Source: Octopus vulgaris (taxonomy: Eukaryota). From it: a stretch of DNA of 64,000 bases. Position numbers and translations under genes: made by a program. The notes below the pieces were generated by a model. The model was not told where the DNA came from. It saw only the letters and a program-made list of their open reading frames with translations, and did not search any database. Positions within the stretch are counted from its first letter, which is position 1, and every line of letters starts with the position of its first letter. Shown here one piece after another: positions 50,595-63,296 of this stretch. The stretch is taken from positions 159,464,001 to 159,528,000 of the forward strand of contig OX597814.1 of assembly GCA_951406725.2 (NCBI GenBank), read 5' to 3'.

Positions 50595-50977
50595 TCATCA
50601 TCATCATCATCGTTTAACGTCCGCTTTCCATGCTAGCATGGGTTGGACGGTTCAACTGGGGTCTGGCAAGCCCGAAGGCTGCACCAGGCCAGTCAGATCT
50701 GGCAGTGTTTCTACAGCTGGATGCCCTTCCTAACGCCAACCACTCCAAGAGTGTAGTGGGTGATTTTATGTGCCAGACGAGGCTGGCAGACGGTCACGCT
50801 CGAATGGTGTTTTTTATGTGCCACCGCCACAGGTGCCAGACGAGGCTGGCAGACGGCCACGCTCGGATGGTGTTATCAGACGGTCACGCTCGAATGGTGT
50901 TTTTTATGTGCCACCGACACAGGTGCCAGACGAGGCTGGCGAACGGCTACGATCGGATGGTGTTTATTACGTGCCCA
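50595..50977 (-). mobile_element. Young RTE-tail repeat with expanded internal minisatellite
   Basis: (CAT)n start on +; three to four copies of GTGCCAGACGAGGCTGGC...CACGCTCGAATGGTGTT. Confidence 0.85.
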
Positions 50978-52685
50978 GACTAATACAAGAATATTGTTCA
51001 TAGTTAGTTTATGCCTTATGCTATTGACCCTTCAGTATTTAAACAAGCCATTAGCCCGAATATTCTGTTTTATGTTCAAGCTGGCCAGATCTGAACTCTC
51101 ACACCGACCCTACAATAAATAAATAATTACATCATTGAAATTTTGAAACTGCAAGATAATGCATGATCAATTCAAAACAATATGAATAAATAAGCATTAT
51201 ATTTAAAAGAGTAATCTGAATGCTAAAGGGTTAAGGAATTCAAACCACTTATGTAGTGATCCCTGACACTAATGATAACTATAATTAGTGGCCAAATCAA
51301 ATTCATTCAATTCTTGGCTCCACAATTAATAAACTAAATTTAAATGATACTTTTAAATTTTTAAACAGTTTTATAAGCACCCTTGCCAGTCCATATAAAA
51401 AGCACCCAGCACACTGTAAAGTGGTTGGCATTAGCTGTAGAAAACAAGTCAAATCAGGCCGGAACCTGGTACAGTACTCCAGCTCTGGTCACCCATGCCA
51501 GCATGGAAAATGGACATATGATGACTGCAATAAAACATTTTTTTATTGAAATAAAGAAATCTAGGTGCAAAGAAGCTCACTTCCCAGACATTTGGTACTG
51601 GGTTTAACTCCACTACTCAGGCATCTTCTTCTATAACCCTGAGCTAACCAAAGCCAATGAGTGGATTTGGTAGACAGAAACTGAAAGACACCCATTGTGA
51701 TAGTCATAAAAGATCTTTTGGAAACAAAGCGAGGATTGGCAACAGGAAGGGCAACTATCCATAGAAAATCTGATTCATCACATCTGATTCATGCAAGCAC
51801 AGAAAAGTAGACATCATGGAGATGATGATTTATCATCAACTGATGTTTAGCTAATTCTCTTTGAAAATAATTAAAACAGCCTCTGATCTGTATAAACATA
51901 GTGGTTACACTTTAGAACTATAAGTTCAAATGTAAATCAATACCTTCAATGAAAGTGTAAATTAACCAGCTTGAAAACTCTTTATATTACTTATGATTTT
52001 GCACTGTTTATATATATTCTGAATACATATGAATTTTTACCTACTTGCTTTCAGAATTTAGCTTGAACATGGCTCAAAAGGCAGCAGCAGTAATTATTCT
52101 GGATGCCCTGCATAATGCTTTACATTCTACTTGCCAACATGTTCCAATGTGTATAGTTTAGAGACAAAAATACAGGATGTATTCAGGATAACATTTTACT
52201 TGGTATCAATAAAATACTGAAAGCTCCATTTAGTTTTTTCCAAGCAAAACATACTAAAATTTTAAATAAAATTTTCTTTTTAAAACAGTTTATACTAAAA
52301 TTGGGAATGTCATTTGCTAAAGTTACTTTTGAGTGAATGACTGAATGAGTAAAAGAAATATAAAACATATCAATTAGCTTTCATTTCCATAATCATAATA
52401 AAACAACAGCAATGTGCTGAGGTCAAGTGCTTAAATATTCTATAAAAAAATCAAATAAATATACCTTTCAAATTGAAATGTAGAGATAAATTATAATCAT
52501 TACATCTTACCATTTAATTAGCATGGAAATCAGACGTTAAATGATGATGATGGTAATGAAAATTGAAACCAATTACAGAAGTGTCAGAAATATATCTCTT
52601 ATAGAAATAGATCAAAATTCTTTAAAATAAATTTACAATTTATTTTCAACTAATTACAATTAAATTCATAATTAAAATGTTATAC

Positions 52686-53177
52686 CTTTAAGATATTGCC
52701 TAAATAGAAAAGACCATCATTCCATCTGGCAAGAACATCTTGACCAACAGAAAACATCAGTTTCCTTTTATTGTTAGAATTCTTGTTGCTGTTATCACTT
52801 GACTTGAAGTTGACAGGACTGCTGTTGCCACTACTCATACTGCTATTTGTAATGGTATCTGTATCAGATGTGCTTGGAGTAATTACTGCACTAGAGACTG
52901 GGGTATTGTTACCAATGCTGTTGGTATAGTTGTTGTTAATAGCCTTAAAATGATATTCCATATCCATATCACCATCAGTATCGTGAATCTTTTTATCTAA
53001 ACTTGTTTCTCCATTACACAGTTGCTTAGTAACACTAACTGTTGTTCCATCCGAAGACATGTTAGTTGAAGAAGCAACAGGGGACAGAGAAACATTTAAT
53101 CCATCACTATTAGAGTTAAATTCTTCATTAGCTGCATCACTGCAACCATCCAAATAGCAACAACCATTGCTGGCCAT
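52686..53177 (-). CDS. Pcl: Polycomb-like coding exon 1 (MASNGCC...; S/N/T-rich N terminus; Tudor start [23 protein letters not shown])
   Basis: Acceptor ttatttcag at 53207, Kozak-like CACCATGG, donor AAG|gtataa; 492 nt; total CDS 2193 nt = 730 aa. Confidence 0.92.
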
Positions 53178-56100
53178 GGTGGACAGCAAAAAAAAATCAG
53201 AAAGTACTGAAATAAATAAAAACAATATACAGATATCTTATACACAGATTACGCAAAGATACATTAAAAATAAAGAAGCAGAAATCAAACACAGGTCAAA
53301 GATTAGTGACCAGTATGCTTATGAATGAAATATATTGATTTCTAACTGAGATGAGAACATAAGTTTCTTGAGGTGTATACTCAATTGAATCAACTCCAGT
53401 GTATTGCTGGTATGTTTATTATGAATTCTGAGGAATGAAAAGCTTAACAGTCCACAGCAAATTTTAAATTAGAATCCAAGACATACCAAAACACAGCTAT
53501 TATTTTGCTTGGCATTTCACAAGTTCTGCCATTCCATATATGGCAGAATGTGCATCTCGAGCAGGATGGGCTACTCAGCCTGAAAAAAATTCTAACTGGG
53601 CCCCACCTGCAAAATCATGTGGCGTTTGCTTTGATATGAAATCACCAGGTTGTGATGCATGTGCCTGGTGTACTCTTATCAGACAGGTAGTCATGATAGT
53701 TATGTTGAGCTTTGCATATTTGTTCTCCAGTGTTACTTTGATGGCATGTGCTGCTCTCTCAATAATAAAGCACTATAGATATAAACATTGTTTCCCATGT
53801 CTCAGTATATTCATAAAACTAGCAAAAAAACTTTCTCATTCTTCTTATGTTATGATACAATATCCATACTCCTGCATAAGTAAACTCAAAAATATTAATA
53901 AATACCAAAGAACTGCAACACAATGTTTTTTATTAGCTTAATATCTGTGCCACCAAGTAGATTTACCTATAAAAATTGCAGGTGTAAATATTAGTTCCTC
54001 TTTAAACACAGTATTTAAAGAGTAGCTAAATGATTTTGCTTTCTTCAAAAGTAATGAGAATTATAAATTCAATTCATAGTAAATAAAACTGCAGACTAAT
54101 ATTTGACTGGTTTAATTTATATTCTCTGTTGGTTAATAAATCTATGTTACTGACAAGCTAGGGCAACCATAAAAAATAGTATATGTGATATGTGCCATCA
54201 ACAGACATTAAAAAAGTAATAGACAGAAAAGATGAGAGCCACTGAAAAAAAAACAGCTGAAAAGAATTATACATTCTTATGAAATTAGGAAAAAAATGCA
54301 TGATAATGTTTAACAATGGTTTTATTTACATTCTCAGCTGGTCAAGCAGAGACAAACTAGACTGACCATTATAAATAGTACATATAAGAGGCTTTGATTT
54401 TGACATGAAAAATACACAAAGAAATGGTAAATAGTATACAAATAATCTGAAGATGAACATCGCATTATGTGGGAAGACTGGATTGTAGAACAAACAGATC
54501 TCATCAGATATCTAGTGTTTATATATTAACACACATGTTTATGCATATATGTGTAGAGTGATTCTGTTTAGTATGGAGAAGTATACATAATGGTTAAAAA
54601 AGTTCAATGCCATTGGTAGAAACGATTATGAAAAGGCTAGGGAATCTGAGGTTGGCAAAAGATGGTTTCGTGAGTTCAGGGAAATTACTGTGAGAACTTA
54701 ACAGCAACTGCCAGTTAAAGATATTATTAAGAAGGTGACTGTTCTGCATGGTGGTATTTGGTTTGATGATAAAAGCTGTATGCGAATTGAGAATTTCACA
54801 GCTAGTCTGCAATATGTTGCTGCTAACTTAGTTGTGATACCCACTACCAGAAATAACTGTGATTACTGTTATCATTACAGGAGTACAGCACCTCTAGATT
54901 GTGGGTATTCGTCCACTATTCTTAGTTGGGTTAACCTCAGGTAACAATAACCTCGACCAGCATCACTTGTTAATGTAACATCAGTCTAAGTTACTGAGTG
55001 GCCTCAAACGTGTTGGTGTTTGCATAACTGCTGATAAAGTAGGTGTGCGAAATGATTGGTTCTTAGGGTGACGATGAAAGTACATTGCTTGACACCTGTG
55101 CTTCTGAGTGGATGAACAGACTGGTGCAGCAGTGAAAAAAAAATAGTGGAACGATAGCAGTGATATCAACTGGTCTGAAGTTATATTATTCAGCCTTCTA
55201 TCTTTCATTCATTCAAACATACACATACATAGAGAGAGATGTATTTCAAAACTATTAGTAAATAAATGCATAATTCAAGGCCCGGAATTCAGTATTTTTA
55301 AGTTAAATTGTGTCCCTTGTTCATATTGTCATAATTCATTTTACAGAATGATTTGCAAATATACGTATTAATTCATGTTCAGTTTCACTTCAAGCAACTG
55401 TTTTGGAAGCTGTGTATATACTGTGTACAGTATATACACAGTTTTTTTTTTTTTGGGGGGGGGGGGGGCGCCCATGTATCATGCACGTTTTTATAGTAGT
55501 TCCACTTAAATGTAAAAAACAAAAAACTATCAATTTACTTTAAAGCGTTATCAAAGGATTACAACTAGAAAAATCCAAGTTCTTTTCAAAAGTTATTTCT
55601 CACTGCGTATTCATATGTAAATAATAAATTATCAAGAGGCACTATAAAAAACGAAGTCAATTTATCTAAAGCTCATCACTGCATGATTTAGCTATGGAGG
55701 AATTGAAATCAGCATTGCAAATAGCCATAACTACATCATAAATACTAGTATTACTGCTTAGAACTTTTTTCAGTTGTCATTCTACAAAGGCATATTGGAG
55801 TACTTATTGCATTAATAAAGTGGAGTTGCTTCTACACACAAACTTCTTAGATAGGAATCCAAAAATGTCATCTAACTGTCTGGCAGATATTTGCCAACAA
55901 CCATTAAAAATGTGCAGTTCTTTTGCAACTAAAATAACCTTTGCCCATCTGATGTAGCTAGTTTTCTGCACAGTCTTGATGTACCTATCTCTGCTCCTTT
56001 CACCATATTATTTCTCATTTTCCATGTCTTGCACTAAACATGTCACCCAATCCTTTTGTTAGAACTGCTCCTCTCAATCAAACTGCAGACACTGAGTTAG

Positions 56101-56493
56101 TACAAAGCTTCAAACTAAGCATCAACATTCATCAATCTCAATAATCTCTGAGGACCCTTTAATGTCATAAGCGTGACTCCTCACTTGATTACCTAACACT
56201 GTAACAAATAATCATTTCTAAAATACTTCTCAGCAAAAAAAATCTACTCTTCACAAATTTCTAACCAGAGCACTGATATAGCATGAGGTGTAATAATGGT
56301 TTAATCTAACAAGTTAAATAACACAATAAGGTAATAAGACTGTATACATAAATTGTATTTGTTGAATATTACCTGACAAGTAATCTTTAAAAAAAAAATT
56401 TACACTTAATCTTTGTTAAACACTCATAACTGGAATGACAAGCTATTGTCCATAAATATGCATGTCTGTGTGAATGTAGGCAGTGACAAATTA

Positions 56494-57571
56494 TGAGGGT
56501 CACCTGAAAAATTCATAGGCTGACCAAGATACTCTCATGAAATGACTAAATAAAGTTTACTTTTCAACGTAATCCTCCTCATGGTCCATACACTTCTATC
56601 AGTATTGCAGTGCTTGGATCCCATTGGTGAAGAAACTTTCATCATGTTGTTTAAAGAAGTCATTAACAGCAGGTATGACATCATCATCACTATGATACTA
56701 CTTCCCATGTTAGGGAACAGGTGATAGTGAGATGGAGCCAAATCAGAATAAGAAGAGTGATCAACAGTGATGCATAGCTGCTATTGAAAGCAATGATTTG
56801 TGTACTAGAGCATTATCCTGATGAAACAAAAGCCCTTTCATCACTTTTCCTGGGTGTTTGGTTTTGATGGTGTGGTCAATAAACATAAAGCCTTTTGTAT
56901 CCCAAAAAAACTGAGGCCATCACCTTTCCTGCAGATGAAACGACCTTGGCCTTCTTGGAGCAGGTGAGAATGAGTGTTTCCACTGCATGAATTCTCTTTG
57001 TCTCTGGCTCAAATGTTGAACTCAACACTCATCATGAATCGGGAAACCAACAGGATCTGTCTCCAACAATGTCTGATTTTTCCAAGATGTGATCAGCTTG
57101 ATGCACTTTTGATCAGGTGTCAGAAAATGTGACATCCACTGAGCAGAAACTTTTGTCATGCCAAGTACATTGTGCAGAATATTCTCATCTCTATTGGGAT
57201 ATGCTAACAACATTGGCTATTTGATTTATAGTCAACTGTTTGTCATCCATCACCATGTGATGGACACAATAAATATTTTCCTAAGAGGTGACAGTTGTAG
57301 GACATTCAGACATCATCTTCAAAACTATCCTTTCCCTTCCTAAATCCAGCTGCCCACCTTTGCAATGTTGATAAAGCTGGAGCATCTTCCCCTAATGTAG
57401 CAAGCATGTCCAACACCACAATGCCAACTTTTGTCAATTTCAAGAGAAGTTACTACTAGTTATTTTTGAAGTCTTCTTCAAACAGTCAGATGTCAGTTAA
57501 TGAATGCAAGATTTCAAAGCTCTAGCATCACTCCTTCATAGTCAGCCTGTGAACTCAACAGTACACCCTTG
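56494..57571 (-). mobile_element. Decayed mariner transposon
   Basis: LGMTKVSAQWMSHFLT (WVPxxL motif) and APSHYHLFP (YSPDLAPSDYHLF motif); degenerate TIRs TGAGGGT...ATAGGCTGAC / GTCAGCCTGT...ACCCTTG. Confidence 0.85.
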
Positions 57572-58809
57572 CATGGGAAGGAGTATTTTCATTGTAATAA
57601 TTTAGCCATTTCTTCATATTCTGCAGGCATAGCCCACTAAGTTTTACTAAGCCTGACTATAACATTAGCATTAAATTAAATTCTTAAACAGTCTATTCAT
57701 GAGGAAATATAAATGTTGATTGTGTAACAAAATATTCATTTACACTGAGCTAAATGAATGAACACTCAACTAAGATACAACTGGACACTGCTGCAACATG
57801 TTAATTCCACTTTCATTGTTAAAGTTACCAAATTTTTTGATAAGCATTTAAGTTCTTATGACAGTTCAGAATAAGAGATAGCTGGCACTACAACAAATAC
57901 TAATATGTGTATACCTGTATGAAGGTGTTAAGAATGTATTACCAATTGTTTGGCTCAAAAATGGTAGATTAAGAATGTGTGCTGATTACAAGGTACATTT
58001 AAGTAACAGGACTCAAACTTTCTTGTTCAAGTCATCATGAAACAGTGTTTACAGATATGCGAAGAGAAAAATTAATCTTCATCAATAGATATAAAAATGC
58101 ATGGTAGCAGACTGATGTGGATGAGGGCCCTTAAGAGATGGTATGCAATAAATACAAGCAAGTGGTCTTAGTCAATTTGGGTTTCAAAATAGCTGTTCCA
58201 TTGGAGTCTATACTGAAGAGAATAAATGGCATAGTTACCTATCAAAATGGTATGTTTCTTTTAGCTGCAACCTAGCATTAAGAATAGAGGAAATGCAATT
58301 ATTGCTAGATGGAAAGGAGCCAATGTATCAATTAATCTAATGAAATACATTAAAATTATGCATTTTTCAGGGATTTCCAAGGAATGAATTTTCTAAGGTT
58401 GAGATAAAATTATTATATAGTCATGAGAAGATCCTAAAAGATGAAAATGAGAAATTTAGGGTTGATAATCTATCTTCATTTTATACTAATATTGGCAGAC
58501 AGCTGAAGCTCTTATTACAGCAAAAAAATATATTTACTTATGAGAAAACAAAAATATTTAGCCTCGAAGCTTTTCATACCAGAGATCAATCATCAACTAT
58601 TGTAATTAATTTTTTCAAAAGAGAGTGATTCTTCTAGAAAGTTTCTCAGGATCCACAGATGGGACTTTATATTATTACATGAATTCAAACCATTCACATA
58701 TCTGGTGAAAATCAATCACCATATTTACATTGATCTTCTTACATGACTAAATATGACTCACATCAGTTCTTCACAAAAACATATTTTCACACTGGTGATG
58801 ATGGATTAA

Positions 58810-59880
58810 TTTTCCTGATGCTAATACAGCTGAATATATTAAAAATAACTTTAACATATACAACCTTTATATTCACATAAAGAACTTCATTGCTAGAAAA
58901 AGTAGCTCCCGACTAACTCTTTTAGAACAATAACTGAAAGACTTCACAGCAGAGAATTATCCTACTTTTAATAAAAATAGGCTACTTATTGTGCAAAAGT
59001 TCTTTCTACAATTCATAACATACACACAAATACTTAAGAAAGCAACAGCTTGTGTTTGGTGAATCTATTTTAGTTGAATTTTATCATAATTTGTGACTAA
59101 CATGCTAAAATCAGATTTAAAGGCACTCCTTGGTCTGGCAAATGGTCTGAGTCACAGACTTGGAAAAATTACATATAGCCTGGAGATGTAAAAGAATGAT
59201 GATAATATATTGGTCATAACTGACTCACCTATTGTTCCAGTAGAGGATAGGAAAACTGAGGTGCTGATTTTTTGTTTACCCCTTCGATTTGGAGTTCCAA
59301 TGACAATGCTAGCATAAAATGGGTTGGAATTTATTCAAAGGAGTGATTTTCTGATGCTCATACAGTTGAATATATTAAAAATAATTTTAACATATAAAAC
59401 CTTTATATCAACATAAAGAACAGGATTGCTAGAAGAAACAGCTCCAGACTAACTCTTTCAAAACAATAACTTACAAGACTTCACTGCAGAGAATTATCCT
59501 ACCTTTAATAAAAACAATTAATCCTGAAACTTATTGTGCAAAAGTTTTTTCTACAATTCATAACACATGCACAATGACTTAAGAAAGCAACAGCTTGTGT
59601 TTAGTTGAGTTTTATACATAACTTGTGAATAGTATGCTAAAATCAGATTTGAAGGCACTCCTTGTACTGATAAATGGCCTGAGTGACACAGACTTGGAAA
59701 AATACATATAGCCTGGAAATGTTAAAAACATGAGAATATATTGATCATAGCTGACTCAGCAACTGTTCCAGTAGAAGCTAGGAAAACTAAGGTGCTTATT
59801 TTTCATTTCTCCCTAGATTTCAGGTTCCAATGACAATGCTAGTATACAATGAGTTGGAATTAATTCAATTAAAGGAGTGA
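58810..59880. repeat. Diverged tandem duplication with units of about 535 bp (58810-59346 and 59347-59880)
   Basis: Both units start TTTTC(C)TGATGCT.ATACAG and end AAAGGAGTGA and are colinear. Confidence 0.92.
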
Positions 59881-60646
59881 ATAGACTGACATAATTGCAA
59901 GAAAATGGAAATTATAGTTAAAAATTTAATGGTGCAGTAGAAAGAACAATGAAAGCAATAAAAATAAACATTGAAAGTTTTCAATTTGCAGACATACTAT
60001 GTGCAAGTATCGTTAAGTGAGAAATTAGTTGATAGTTAACAAGGTTGGCCAAATGGTTCATTACAGGAACAATATAATGGAGTTTCCATTAGATACATGT
60101 TATTTAATCCATGCTGGTAGAAGCATAGTCTGAATTAGATGTCAACATTGTTTTCCCATCCACTTTCTCATGCTCATGAAGATTGGATGAACTTGGTTGA
60201 GATTGACTTTCAACAACAGGATGCACCTACTGCTGACAACCCACTCCTGTTTCTGAGTCAGGTAATATTTTCTCTTGGCTGGAGATGTTTTCAAAATGAT
60301 TGGAAATGAAGGACACCCCTTGCATGATGGTTTATAACTATCATGCATTAACACACACAAAGGAATCTCAAAGGAATTCAGAAGCCACAAAGATATAATG
60401 ACTATTACAATTTAACTGTTAAGGTTAGATTAATATATTTAGTGTTCTAACAACTTACTTATTTCATTCGCTAACACACACACACACACACACAGCATTT
60501 AACACTCCACTTTATGTGGTTAGTTATTCAAATTCCTAATACTAGCCTCAATGACCTAAAACTATTTAGTTTTAATACAAATCAACCTTTGTCAAAAATG
60601 AACTCTATTAATTGTAAATTTAAACTGACTGAAGTTAAAAACAAAG

Positions 60647-60864
60647 TTAACCCTTTCGTTATTGTATATATTTTGAGATGCTCCGTGTTTCTTTCAATTA
60701 CTTTAAATATAACAAAGAATTTAGTAAAATAATTTGGTTATCATTAAGCTAGTGTTAGGAATATAAATTGTAACTAAGGTTCGGTGGAAGATTTTAATTC
60801 AAAACTTATGAAAACAAGTCAATCATACTCAGAGCCAGAGCCGGGTTGGTAATGAAAGGGTTAA
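60647..60864. mobile_element. piggyBac-like MITE
   Basis: TTAA-CCCTTTCGTTA...TAATGAAAGGG-TTAA; close match to 22584-22804. Confidence 0.9.
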
Positions 60865-61907
60865 GCTGATGATTCCAGATCAAGATTGAAACAAGTCTAA
60901 ACATTGTCATACACCTCCCAAAGATTAGAATGCCCTTTTATCACTCATGAATTTATTCATAATTTCTTGAAATTATCTCTTCTTATTATTGAGTCAATAA
61001 CTATTGCCACTAGGTTTTTGTTTTTCTTCTGTAAGGAAAATTTTAATAAGGATTTACATACACAACATTCAGTACACATCATCCTTCACTTTATATATAT
61101 AATGGGCTCTCCCATTAAACAAGACATATGAGCATCTAACTTTTGCTAAATGACCTGCACAAACGATTTGTTTATAGTGACCAAATGTATGTGCTGTACA
61201 TTAGCTCACTCCCTCCATCAAATCAACGTTTCCTGAACAGGTGCACAACGTACCATGTGTCAGGTGTCAAAGTGATCACAGAGCAACATGAGATGAAGTG
61301 TTTTGCTCAAGAATGGAATGCACCACTCAATCTAGGAATTGAAACTATGATTTCATGATCATGAGTGCAATACTCTATAGACGTGACTGTATGCTAAGAG
61401 GTTTGCCTCCCAACCATATAGATGAGTCAAGCTCCACTTCATGGTAACCTTGGGCAACTGGATTTGATAGATGGAAACTGAAAGAAGCCTGTCATTCATT
61501 CATGTATGTTTGTACATAACTATCAACTTGACTAGACTTCATGTAAATGAATGTTATCGTCATGCAAATGTTGTCTTTCATTTCTAATCTTCCTTGAAAA
61601 CATGACTAGTCATAGGGAATCAACAAGAAAGGCATTCAAATGTACAAAATCCACAAATTTCATCTGATCTATGCAAGCACAGAAAAGTGGATCTTAAAAA
61701 ATGATGATATGTACATACAAACACTTTAAAGTAACAAATTTTTATATCGTATTTAACTTTTTTGACAACTATTTGTGTTAACATTTTCACTTGTAGCCAA
61801 TAAATTTCTTGAAATAGACCAACCTATCTTTATAAGTTATTACAAACCAAATGGGTACTCTCACATCACTGATTCTATTTTATGTTCCTATCCTAATGAT
61901 GATAATC

Positions 61908-62220
61908 ATCATTGCTTAATGTCTTTTATCATGCTAGTACAAGTTGGATAGTTCAATAGGAATGGAGGCACCAGAGGACTGTACTGAGCTGCAATATCTG
62001 TTTTGGTCGGATGCCCTTCCTAATGCCAACCACTTTACAGGGTATACTGGATATCTTTCCTGTGCACGAGCACTAGTGAGGCCACAGAGTAACTTGTAAA
62101 ATAAGACCCTTTCAACAGTGTAGCATTGAAGGGTGGCTTTATGCTAGGTGTTTAAGATATTAAAGTATGATAGAGGGTCAGGAACTGGTGTCTTGCTGAA
62201 GAGGAGATACATGGTTTCCC
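61908..62220 (-). mobile_element. Diverged RTE-tail repeat
   Basis: GGATGCCCTTCCTAATGCCAACCACTTTAC; colinear with 2281-2630. Confidence 0.65.
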
Positions 62221-62746
62221 CAGTAGGAAAGAGATAATAGACACTGACAATCAGAAATCGTGGATGGGTAACTTTGTGAGTATGAGTGTGATAGATAGTT
62301 AAAGATGGGAATAAAGTAGTGAATAGTCAATATACATATTATCTTTTTAGGGTCCAGGATAAAGAAACTGACTTATACATCACAAAATTAGCTTAAATAG
62401 TTTATTCAGCTTTTATCACAGCACAATAATTATAACTGCTTATGCATATGTAGCGAGAGAGACTCCTTTACCACTCATCTAGATAATGAAGTTCAGTTCA
62501 CTAGAACCCCCAAATTACCTCCCTTCAACTATAATTGACATTTTGTTTGTTGAGAGCCTCAGATCCTCACTAAGTGTTTTTCTTCTTACTAAAAAGCACT
62601 TAACCATTAATTCATGTATAAGCTCACTTTCATGTCTATCTCCTACAGTTCCAACTATAAGCCACTTAAACATTACGTAATGGCATATACATACACAAAA
62701 CAAGAATCCTCAATTTGGTTGATATTGTTACAATGTTTCATTTGTT

Positions 62747-63296
62747 GTGCCCTCCAGTCTTATTTGGGTACCAGTTATAATTCATAATGAATTTGGAACC
62801 ATTATTTACATTTGAACTCATCTTGTTTGTTAACACAATGTTTCGGCTGAGATAGCCTCCAGCCTTCATCAGATGTCTTGGGAAAATTTCGAACCTAGAT
62901 TCTCATTCTTCTTATTATTATTCAGGTTACTGCTTGGAATTGAACTTGGAATCTTGGGGTAAGTAGCCTGCACTCTTAACCACTATGCCATATGCCTACG
63001 GGCATAATAAGAAGAAGAATGAGAACCTAGGTTCGAAATTTTCCCAAGACATCTGATGAAGGCTGGAGGGTATCTCAGCTGAAACATTGTGTTAACAACA
63101 AACAAGATGAGGTCAAATGTAAATAATGGTTCCAAATTCATTATAACTGGTACCTGAATAAGGCTGGAGAGCACTGATGAAGGCTGGAGGGTATATCAGC
63201 CAAAACATCGTGTTAACAACAAACAAGATGAGGACAAATATCCATCAAATGTAAATAATGTTACATAATTCCTCATCTCTTAAATACAGAACTGTA
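62747..63296. mobile_element. Hammerhead-bearing tRNA-SINE locus with inverted and tandem duplications
   Basis: Arms 62747-62918 and 63004-63174 flank a tRNA-like head (-); hammerhead motifs at 62832-62877 (-), 63048-63093 (+) and 63171-63214 (+). Confidence 0.8.

Noticed and set aside
50770-50965. Repeat-spacer appearance resembling a CRISPR array
   Set aside because: The spacers are themselves repeated, the context is eukaryotic and there are no cas genes
53178-53225. N-terminal extension MFLFISVLSDFFLLST in the ORF track
   Set aside because: Starts at a non-ATG codon in the intron pyrimidine tract; the first ATG is at 53177
60142-60390. Coding-like stretch with a + strand donor CAG|gtaat
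   Set aside because: No recognisable homology, acceptor or partner exons
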